Of a stretch of 64,000 nucleotides of DNA, positions 48,700 to 58,421 are shown one piece after another. Every line of letters begins with the position of its first letter. Position 1 is the first letter of the stretch. Below the pieces are notes generated by a model. It had not been told where the DNA came from and ran no database searches. It saw only the letters and a program-made list of their open reading frames with translations. The position numbers and the translations under genes are program-made. The DNA is from Eukaryota sp. TZLM1-RC (taxonomy: Eukaryota; Protista; Metamonada: BaSk clade): assembly GCA_040285825.1 (NCBI GenBank), contig JAUPSS010000012.1, forward strand, positions 248,001 to 312,000, in the 5' to 3' direction.

Positions 48700-49465
48700 T
48701 TAAGCAGACTTGACGACCTTGGCAAACTTAGCAACCATTTTCTTCTTAAGAGCCAAAGCTCTGGTAGAAAACATGGTAGCACCAGTTTCCTCAATATCTT
48801 CGTATTTCTTACACTTGTTGTCAGGGTCAAAACGATCGTCATTCTTGCTCAAAGATCTAGGGTAAGAGATAAAAGTAGAGGCGACAAACTCATGGTCAAC
48901 ATAAACATATTCCTCTTTGTTATCGGGATCATCCACAAGGTGAGAGAGTTCTTCATGCACGAATCTATCTGCAACACACCATGATTTAAAGAATTTGAAC
49001 TTCTCACCTACAAGCTCGACTTCATCAATGACTTCGTAAACGTCACATTCAACGTCACCGACCTTCTTGGAATCTTTCTTTTCAGCATCATCAGTGGGCA
49101 AAGCATAGTCGATAGAAAATTCCATCACTGATTTGAGATCTTCATCGGAAAAACGGGCACAGGTGTCATCACCATCAGGTTTCATGATCATTTTGCCATC
49201 ATAAAACCAAAAGTCCACAGGTCCTAGCATACCATCGTTATCACTGCCATAAATAACTTTATTGGCAACATCTAAGGAAACGGGGTCCTCCTTGCCTTCA
49301 AGGCCAACGGGAGTGTATTCGAACTGTTCATGAGGTCCACTAAAGACAACCAGGACAACAACAACAACAGTTGCAGTAGCAGCTACACCACCACCGGCAA
49401 TGATTCCGATCAAGGCGTTCTTACTGGGATCAGAGGAGAAAGTGATAAACAAACGACAAAGGCAT
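48700..49465 (-). CDS. Second copy of the ependymin-like gene, identical protein
   Basis: Mirror copy in the right arm of the inverted duplication. Confidence 0.75.
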
Positions 49466-50689
49466 GAGAAGTCAAAATAATGAGAAAACAAAGTCGAAAA
49501 ACGGTCATGTAATCATTTGATTGAATAGTTATACAATGCTTCTCAACTTTCGCATTCACTACTTGTGATAATGTAGTGAGGCTTGGTTACTGAATCAGAC
49601 TCATAATGGTGCCATCACCGCCAGAATCTTTTCCAACTTCATTCCTGTTTTTCATCAGTGGGTTGAATACCATTGGTTTTTGACTGTTTTCATTAGAGTA
49701 CCTCTGATCTCTCTTTCTCCAACCACAATGCCCTTGCGCAACAGGAACACATTTAGAGCATGTCTATGTTCATTTTGATGCGTTTTTTATACAATTTGCG
49801 AAATTGGTATATCTTGGTGCTCATGTTCAAAATCAACACTATCCTCTTTCATGATCGATCTATTCTACAAAATTGTTCATCTGCTGCTTCTATTGTTTTC
49901 TCTGTAGCTGATGAATCACATCTATCAGTTTTGCGGAGAGTACCACAGATGCTGAGGATGGTGGGGACAGAACTTGTACCGTCACGAATTACGACCATAA
50001 CATTCGTGACGTCATTAACCATGCTAATCACTGTCATGTTTGAGTCAATTTCAACTTTATTGTTTGTCCTACTAGAGTTCCAATCGATCGGCCGATCTAG
50101 TGCAGGCTGCATGTGGCCCTTCTTTGGTAAGGATAGTAGCTGGAAGAGATATCAGTCACTTAATTTGCTTCAATCAACTGCTAGAGTCATTTGTAGTCAA
50201 AATAGAGAGGCTCTTTAATCAGAAATCATCACGTCATCATCATGTTAACGTGATATCACGTGAGCGGGGAGGAAAGGAGACTGTTGAAGAGGAGGCAGTA
50301 GGTAAGGTTGTAACAATAGTTCTAGACAGTATTTTGAGTGATCAGTTTGAGGTGACCAAGCTGCATTGGAAATTCAAAGCCAGTAGTAATAATGAGATAG
50401 GGTATCAAAGTGTCGTGTTGTCCTTTGGGAGAACCATTGATATAGGTCATGGTATTTGAAAGTTAGAAGAATGCGGAACAGTGGGTGGATAAGAGCTTCT
50501 CAAATTTTTGGAATTTTTGTGTACAAATTTCAAAGTTTGATCTCAACATACACTTTCAACATGTGCTTTGTTTGAATATTCATCTTCATTTGTAAACAGT
50601 AACATTTTGCCAGTCTGTGAATAAGTCTACTTCTATTTGTACACATGTGGATGGCAGGTGCGAAAATTAAATAAATTCAATAAACTAAG

Positions 50690-51535
50690 ACTTAGGGTGA
50701 CTAAGATTAATAATCCCGTCTTTGCTGCCTTCTTGTCAGACATTCAAAATTGCACTAGTTTTATTTCTCAGCAACCAAGGCTATTTGGTCTTCACCAAGC
50801 AAATGAAGCTTGGAAACAAAACATGCGTTTGATGTTCAAGTGGACTTTTGGATAATTCTGCTTGTTTTTGCAAGGAAAAACCGTCTGGCAATTTCCTGTA
50901 TATTGTGAGTTGTTAGAAGTTTCTTCAATATCGGTCAGTTCTTTATAATGCTGCTCGTTATGTGACATATGAATTGTTTAAGTGTTACAATTTCAGGTGC
51001 AAAGTAGAACCGTTGTTGAAGCATTATAGCGATAATAATTTGTTTGATTCTCGTCGTGGTGATTTAATTGCTCCTTTTGTGGATTCCTCTCAAGTTGTTG
51101 TTGATTTTAGTACTGTTGATCCCTTTGCTTCAATTTATCGTGATAATGTCTTAGTTAGCTCTAATTGGCCACTGGTACAGGGCTGAGGCTCGTAAATGAA
51201 ACAAATATGCTGAGTTCTTGAATGATTTAAATAACAACCTTTGCTCGAAGTTCTCTATTGTCCCTTTTGCCTTCCCGGTTTTTGGTAATTTTGGTCACTC
51301 TGGTTTGAATTTCTTTAATGATTTTGATAATCCTTGTCTTGGAAGTGGTAAGAATTTTTCTGGGTATTTATGGATGAATCGTATCATTTTTGCTTTGTAT
51401 AGAAGTGTTCAAAAGTATTTAAATTTAATGATGTCTAAGCTTTACAAGGATTCTTCAAGAGTTGGTGTTCAGAATTTTGTTTCTTATGTGTTTTAATTTG
51501 TTTTGTTTTGTTTGGGGATTACGTGGAAAATAGAA
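50690..51535 (+). mobile_element. CRE-like family D 3' fragment
   Basis: KINNPVFAAFLSDIQ..EPLLKHYSDNNLFDSRRGD..NFVSYVF. Confidence 0.88.
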
Positions 51536-51682
51536 TCAATTAAGAATTCCATAAATTAAATAGCAATTACATTTTGTGTATACAAGCCAAAAGGTCCCAA
51601 CCTCCTCATCTACACCATTAACAAAAGCCTTTAATAAATTCTTTTTATTCCATATTTACAACCAAACAAAACTTGAAATTCT

Positions 51683-52420
51683 CTAAAATGGTTCATTTAC
51701 AAAAACCGATCGATCGGGGTGATGGCCGTAATCATACACCAACTGTCCTTCTACAGCAGGGGTAACAGCTGGATAGAACGTATCATGAACACATTCTGCG
51801 GGTTGCACCACAACTGTTTCTTGAGTAGTGGTGCCATAGGTATCGGCATCTACTGCAAAAGGTTCCAATGGATCGGATGGTCGCTTGCCAACCATACACA
51901 GAATAGAAATGCCAAACATCCAGACAATAAAGAAGAGAGGAGTCAGCAACCACACGTTCTGGAAAAGATAGAAGAGGGAAAGTGAAACCAGAGAGAAATA
52001 CACAGAAAGACAGAACAAAACAAAAAACCCCTTCTTGCCAACAGGACCAAAGAAAGCTGCCCAGTGAGCAACCACACCTATCATCCATGCAGCTGCAGGT
52101 ATTAAAGCCCATGGAAATGGGGACGTAAAATAGTTGGTTATCATGAGCATGGCAACAACAATGATATATGTCCCCGTGTGACATACCAGTGCACGATAAC
52201 CAGTTCGAAATATCACTTTACAAACAAAGTGACAGTAAATACCAATTCCCCATCCTAGCAGAGGATATATGAACCAAGGAAATTGTGACTGAGACACAAT
52301 GAAGAGAAAATAAAAGGCAGCTTGGACTACCACATATGTGAAAAGATGAGCATTAAAAGGGAGCCATGATGCGTTTGTGTATGGAGTAAGGCCCGCAGGA
52401 TCAGCAGGATCAGTCATCAT
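51683..52420 (-). CDS. Membrane protein with tandem 2TM-type repeats
   Basis: FNAHLFTYVVV..PWFIYPLLGWGIGIYCH and CHTGTYIIV..PWALIPAAAWMIGVVAH are two 2TM (PF13239-like) units; first ATG at 52420. Confidence 0.75.
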   Translation of the reverse strand: MMTDPADPAGLTPYTNASWLPFNAHLFTYVVVQAAFYFLFIVSQSQFPWFIYPLLGWGIGIYCHFVCKVIFRTGYRALVCHTGTYIIVVAMLMITNYFTSPFPWALIPAAAWMIGVVAHWAAFFGPVGKKGFFVLFCLSVYFSLVSLSLFYLFQNVWLLTPLFFIVWMFGISILCMVGKRPSDPLEPFAVDADTYGTTTQETVVVQPAECVHDTFYPAVTPAVEGQLVYDYGHHPDRSVFVNEPF

Positions 52421-52639
52421 CAATAACTTTAGATTACTGGACTGTCTCAATTGCCACAATTCCGATTGGTCATGGTGATTACTGAATTTCCAAGTTAATG
52501 AATGAATTCAACATCATAACAAGTTTATTGATACCCCTCCTTTTGTTGAATTGGTTGACCAAACACTTACCAGGAATAGGTCACGCTACAGCAATGTTGA
52601 AATTTTGTAAAGTATCACTAGTATTTGACATTTTTGTTT

Positions 52640-53395
52640 ATTAATTTATTTATTTTCTACGAAGAAACAAAACAGAACAAAACAAATTAAAACACATAAG
52701 AAACAAAATTTTCCACGCCAACTCTTGATGAATCCTTGTAAAGCTTAGACATCATTAAATTTAAATACTTTTGAACACTTCTATACAAAGCAAAAATGAG
52801 ACGATTCTTCCATAAATACCCTGCAAAATTCTTACCACTTGCACGACAAAGATTATCAAAATCATTAAAGAAATTCAAACCAGAGTGACCAAAATTACCA
52901 AAAACCGGGAAGGCAAAAGGAACAGTAGAGAACATCTAGCAAAGGATGTTATTTAAATCATTCAAGAACTCAGCATATTTGTTTCATTTACGAGCCTCAG
53001 CCCTGTACAAGTGGCCAATAGAGCTAACTAAGACATCATCACGATAAATTGAAGCAAAGGGATCAACAGTACTAAAATCAACAACAACTTGAGAGGAATC
53101 CACAAAAGGAGCAATTAAATCACAACGACGAGAATCAAACAAATTATTATCGCTATAATGCTTCAACAAGGGTTATACTATGCAACTGAAATTGTAACGC
53201 TTAAACATTTTATATGTCACATCACGAACAACATTATGAAGAACTGTCCTTTATTGAAGAAACTTCCTACAACTCACAATTTGGAGGAAATTGGCAGACG
53301 GTCTTTCGTTGCAAAACAAGCAGAATTATCCAAAAGTCCACTTGGATACAATCCTAATCTCAAACGCATATTTTGTTTCCAAGTGTCATTTGTTA
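52640..53395 (-). mobile_element. CRE-like family D 3' fragment
   Basis: Near-identical inverted homolog of 50800-51535. Confidence 0.88.
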
Positions 53396-53807
53396 AGCTT
53401 CATTTTGTTTATTTTTTAATATTTAAAATTTCGCTAAAATTTCTCCACACGTTCACTAAATATTTATTTCAACTTGTATTTATTTAACGAAAATTACTAA
53501 ATGCTGTTGATGAATCATTGGAGAACATTGTTCAACAACTATTGTTTTGTAATTCATTCTACGTTTTTGATCTCAATTGGTCTAAAGCAATATCTTGTGG
53601 CTCTTCCCACACACTTCTGTTGAGAACATAGTGTTTAAAACGAACCGAAATGTGTGTAACTAAGGTTTTGTCAAAAAATTAAAAATAATAAAACAGAGTT
53701 CAATGATTTATATACAAATGCAAGATAAAGAAACAACATTTCACCTGAAACAAAACACACAAAAATATCAAAAAAGAAACAATTACAAAAATCACTAGAT
53801 ATTAGTT

Positions 53808-55463
53808 TCAACTATGCAATTCTAAATGTGGTGTGCCTTGAATCTCCCTTCCCACCAACTTCCGAATAATCCTACGCGAATCATTAAACCTTGATTTTAA
53901 ATCATACACCAAGAACCTAAATATCAGCATTGGTGATTCCTGACTTCCTTTTTGGACATAAACTGATAGGTATTTTGGTTCAAAAACATTGAGAGTTGAG
54001 GTAAAAATAATGTGAGTTAAAGTTAGATCCCCAATTGATTCTTGGGAGACTGAACAATTAAATCCTCGATTTTGCTTATAAAGACAAGTCGAAGTGGCAC
54101 CTTCTAGTGAAACATAAACCGCTGTAACATCTTGTTTGAAACGGAAATGGAAAGGTATTCTGGTCTGTGGTGGTAATACAAACGACTGGGGGGCAATTAC
54201 ATCAAGCGCATTGAGGGCGAACAATCTTTTCGGAAATGGAATGAAACAAGAGGATGTCTTCTTTACAACGAAATGCAAAAGAGCAACAGACAGAGGCTCT
54301 TCGTAAGGTCTACGTCCAGTCATCAATATCCAGTATGAACCTGGTTTCACGAAGCGAAGACTGGCTCGACAATCAGTGTGAAGATGGAAATCATCATTGG
54401 AATCATTAAGATCATCAGAAACAACCACCTTGTGCTTCTTTAGCACAATAAAGTCCAAGTCACCACATGGGAAGAACTCCGGACAAACATCAGATGGTGC
54501 AGAGAGTAATTGGTATGAAAATGTGGCAAAAGAAAATTCAACGCTACTATCAAAACAAGTAAAATCAAAGTCCACGTGGCCATTGCTGTCAACATAGACT
54601 TCAGATGACTGGCATTCCTTGGCGTACTCCACCCTTAATAAAGTACTTCCAGGGAAAAGAACAGTTGTTGTAAACACATCAGAGGGAAGTTCTTCTTCAA
54701 CTGGTTGATACAATGTAGCAAAAACATCATGAGAAAAGATATAAGAACGCCAAGAAAAACAACTTGATGCTGGTGGTAAAGCCTCTACTACTGTTTTGCC
54801 AAGCTTTTTCACCATTCCAGAAACGACATCAATATACAAAGTGTGGTTATAATTCTTAAAAAACACCTTGACTATGGGGATAACACATGACATATTCAGT
54901 TCATCTTTTTGTTTGGTATGGAATTGTTCATTATTATGTGTTGTGCGGCAGACTACATCAATAGTTTCACAAGTTACCTTCTTAAAACATCGACTGGTTA
55001 GATATTTGAGTAGAGCACAGAGTCCGTATCTATTGGCTTGGCGGTGTTCAAAAACTTCAGATGGAAGTGTACGGCCTTCTGGGAGGACCTCGTTTGATAC
55101 AGATGATAACAATATCTTGCTAGAATCAGTGGGGCACTTGGATTTGATGAGATTGTTGATCGATAGAGTGTGGCTTTTGGATTCACAGAAACTAATGTTG
55201 TGGGATATCCATTCCAGTATTAGGTAGAGTGTTGTGAGGGGGGTGAATGAACCATGGCAGGAGTCCAGACTTTTCGGCTTAGCAATCAGTCGGGACACGA
55301 GATCTTGCAGTGAAGACGGGTTAACAGAGTGGATTTGTGAATCACTCACAATCTTGGTGGACATCAGCAGAAATGGAAAATAGTCCTCGCGAGTGAGTAT
55401 GCAAGAGCACCTACATGACCGGTTCGGCCTGCCTAGACAGAGTCCACAAAGCTTGGGGATCAT
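53808..55463 (-). CDS. Transglutaminase-like (KY/Hillarin/Cyk3-type) protein, probably catalytically inactive; alternative start 55364
   Basis: LILEWISHNISF..PSEVFEHRQANRYGLCALLKYL..C..I..YIDV..YIF resembles the KY-type fold, followed by beta-rich domains; the catalytic Cys is not evident. Confidence 0.55.
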   Translation of the reverse strand: MIPKLCGLCLGRPNRSCRCSCILTREDYFPFLLMSTKIVSDSQIHSVNPSSLQDLVSRLIAKPKSLDSCHGSFTPLTTLYLILEWISHNISFCESKSHTLSINNLIKSKCPTDSSKILLSSVSNEVLPEGRTLPSEVFEHRQANRYGLCALLKYLTSRCFKKVTCETIDVVCRTTHNNEQFHTKQKDELNMSCVIPIVKVFFKNYNHTLYIDVVSGMVKKLGKTVVEALPPASSCFSWRSYIFSHDVFATLYQPVEEELPSDVFTTTVLFPGSTLLRVEYAKECQSSEVYVDSNGHVDFDFTCFDSSVEFSFATFSYQLLSAPSDVCPEFFPCGDLDFIVLKKHKVVVSDDLNDSNDDFHLHTDCRASLRFVKPGSYWILMTGRRPYEEPLSVALLHFVVKKTSSCFIPFPKRLFALNALDVIAPQSFVLPPQTRIPFHFRFKQDVTAVYVSLEGATSTCLYKQNRGFNCSVSQESIGDLTLTHIIFTSTLNVFEPKYLSVYVQKGSQESPMLIFRFLVYDLKSRFNDSRRIIRKLVGREIQGTPHLELHS

Positions 55464-56199
55464 GATGGTTGGGTGGTTTCCTACAAATGGAGTGAATTTT
55501 TATTGATTCCAAAAATAGATTGGCAGGTTAACTCTCCAATATATCGGAAATTTCTTCTCAAAAGAATTGTTGATGGCAGGACTGTTTTGGTGAAATATCA
55601 ATGTTTTCAATACAGTCTCATTCTTGTTTTTCCGTTGACCCATTTTTTCGAAGCTCTAAAATTACAGAAATACAATATTTACCAATTTAAATGGATTACT
55701 TATCCTAACAAAAACAGTTCAATATTTGAAGCTTACGAAAGGCTAAAAAGTTGTACAAAAAAGTTCGATACTTTGTAAGAATTTACCCTTTATAATATTA
55801 ATTTGAAGTTTTCCAAGCTATATTTTAATTGTCCAAGGCAAAAATACAATTAACAACAAGTTATTATTGAGATAGCAACAAATACTTTTTGACATAGTAA
55901 TAAAAGAACCGAAGCTGAGCCTGAACCTTGAATGTAGGTTCGAAACCTAAAGCGAACCGAACCATAAACATGCCTAGTTGCAAGACACCAACGTTAGGAT
56001 TATCACCGGTTTTGCTTCCAATGTCTGCTTGTCCCACACCTGGCTTCTCCAACAGCCATAAAGATATGCCTTCTACTCAGCATGGTCTAACAGGCTAACC
56101 CTGTAGTAACGAATTATGATGTTCACCGTGTAATAATTCAATTGTTTGTACAAGGTTAGGAAAACTGATTATATGGACGATTGTATTGAATAGTTGATA

Positions 56200-56315
56200 G
56201 CTTTAGCTTTAGCTAGACAGCAAGCAGATCAAGATTTTGTAGAGGAAATCTTGGTTCAATGAATTTAGTCCCATTAGTTATGAGTTAATTTAATTAAGTG
56301 TGCAAATTCAATAAA
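56200..56315 (+). repeat. Family G 3' stub
   Basis: Almost identical to 15873-15976. Confidence 0.8.
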
Positions 56316-56366
56316 TATTTAAATTATGTAAAAAAAATAGTTGATAGAAATACATTTTCTTTTATA

Positions 56367-57044
56367 TTACATGTTACCCTCAAAATTGTTCTTGTACATA
56401 CAATCAATCCATAACACAGTTGTGAACAACCAAATTGTTTGTTTAAATTTCCACATATAAGCTTTTTGAACAGTTTCTTCATTTGGGAGACCTTCTGATG
56501 GTAGTATTGTATTCAAAATACTTTCATCAGCATGCATACTGCCAACCGTGTTCAATTGTATTGACTTAAACATACACATCAAAGAATAATGTAGAGCTAT
56601 TGGACACACTAGCACTTCTCTACTACGCCTTACGTGAGGTTTCTGAGGAGTATCATCACCACAGCGAGTTGCTTCACTTTGATATTCCACTTGACTTTGT
56701 TCATGTTCTTGCTCTTCAGTTCTGTGTAAACCATCATAAGTTGAACCAGTCTCAAATACAACACATGGAACTTCAACCAAAACGGGATCAATATGTGGCA
56801 AAATCGACAACCCAAAAGATGGACCAAGACAATTGGATTTACATGATGCAGTAATGTTGTATCGTTCATAAGAATCCACTTCAATGACCCAGTGTGGCTT
56901 GCTGTCCGTCAAAACAGTCAGTTGCAGGGACGACAGTTTTGTTTCAACAATGATGTCCAAAGTCGTGCAGCTAAGAGGGCAAACTTTAACAACCACAAAA
57001 GTTGCAAAAGAAACACGAACGAGCAGTAGAAGTATCAAAAACAT
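56367..57044 (-). CDS. Uncharacterised protein with a signal peptide
   Basis: 225-aa ATG ORF starting MFLILLLLVRVSFA; no recognisable domain. Confidence 0.45.
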   Translation of the reverse strand: MFLILLLLVRVSFATFVVVKVCPLSCTTLDIIVETKLSSLQLTVLTDSKPHWVIEVDSYERYNITASCKSNCLGPSFGLSILPHIDPVLVEVPCVVFETGSTYDGLHRTEEQEHEQSQVEYQSEATRCGDDTPQKPHVRRSREVLVCPIALHYSLMCMFKSIQLNTVGSMHADESILNTILPSEGLPNEETVQKAYMWKFKQTIWLFTTVLWIDCMYKNNFEGNM

Positions 57045-57954
57045 TATGTTTGCTGGAACGCAGGGAAAAGGTTTTCAAAACTTCATTTGTGAGGTGCCAA
57101 TTATGTGAATCACCATTTCCATTCCCAGCTAATTCCCAAAATGCCTTTTACATCATCTCTTCTCATGACACGGACTTGTTAACTGTTAATGAAGTCTCCA
57201 ACCCTTCTTCCTCCCTTGTTTATATTACAGTGCTCAATTCCGCACCATTCAACTTCTCCTTGCAGCGATGAAGGTAAATCTATACATTCAAAGAGTCTAT
57301 GATTTACGTCTTTACAACGTTAGGGATGTTGAACAAGTACAGAAACCCTGAGATACGAACACAGTTTTGAACAATAATTTTGGTTTATTGAATATTATTA
57401 AAAGATGTACTACATCTCGTTAGAATCTGAATAGATTAAATAAAAAACATAAACTGTATTTGTTTTCAATATCATTAATCATTAATTCTATTGTGGAGCA
57501 TAAAAGCGTCCTCAGCATTTAAACGACTGTCCAAAATTCGCCTGATCACTGAAGCCAACATATCTCGCTGACTAGTGACACCAACAATTGTGCCAAGATT
57601 GTGGTCGATAAAGAATTAAGCAAGAATAGACTAACTATACTGTGAAACATCTCCTTTGATCTCTTTCAATCTTGTGGAGCCAAATGTGGAAAATATATGA
57701 AATAATCTCAATCTAATGGTCCTGAGTCAGGACTTCTGATCATCATGATTACTATCATCAAATTGTAGTCGACGTGACGCAAAAAAGACGTCGTACTGAA
57801 AACCTTCTTCAGGAAAAGAAGGTGAAGAAAAGAAGAACTCATCGTGAAGACCAGGAAGATCGGATGAAGTTCTTGCACCAAGAATCTGGGTAAAAGAAAA
57901 TGCAATTTTAATCGAATTTGTTTTTTTCCATAATTTATTTGCACAACTTAATTT

Positions 57955-58090
57955 TTATTTATTCCAATAAAAAACAAACTATACGACAAGGTTAAAATTC
58001 TATGTCTTCATAACCCAAATCAGCCAAGAAGAATTGACTGGAGGTTTTTCTTTCATAAACCTGTCCAAGAGATAACAAAGCTGAAGATAA
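57955..58090 (-). mobile_element. CRE-like family B2 3' stub
   Basis: LSSALLSLGQVYE..SSQFFLADLGYEDIEF* followed by AATAAA. Confidence 0.7.
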
Positions 58091-58127
58091 TAATTAATTT
58101 GTATTGATGCGAAAGATAAAGGTGACT

Positions 58128-58347
58128 TGTCATAATGCTCAAATATAAATTTTTATGAGCACTGTGAAGGAAGGTCTTATTGAAATACAAGAAAATTGTG
58201 CATTGTGACTATGCTTAGAACAAAATCAGTGGCAACAAAATTCTGAAAGTGGGCTCAAGTAATGAAAGTGTTGCCTAAAGTCTATTGTAGTAAAGAAAAC
58301 TCTGATTTATTTTCTATTCATATTATATAAACCTTAGGACGCCAACA
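58128..58347 (-). repeat. Candidate 3' LTR (220 bp) of the Gypsy element
   Basis: On the minus strand a polypurine tract GGAAAAGGGAAGAAG (58351-58365) is followed by TGTTGG...TGACA. No second LTR in the window to confirm it. Confidence 0.5.
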
Positions 58348-58421
58348 CTGCTTCTTCCCTTTTTCCAAATAAATCAGCTTATATGAATATGAAACAAAAC
58401 TATAAACAAATAACGAAATTA

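Larger units (their letters stand above)
45623..50556. repeat. Inverted duplication: arms 45623-47964 and 48213-50556, 248-bp spacer
   Basis: The arms are reverse complements with only about a dozen differences seen, and encode identical 263-aa ORFs. Confidence 0.97.

Noticed and set aside
45623-50556. DNA transposon or Polinton with long terminal inverted repeats
   Set aside because: No transposase, no TSD seen, the spacer is only 248 bp and the arms contain an intron-bearing host-type gene.
55880-56110. Possible tyrosine-recombinase fragment or structured RNA
   Set aside because: The resemblance is weak and interrupted by stops; not supportable.
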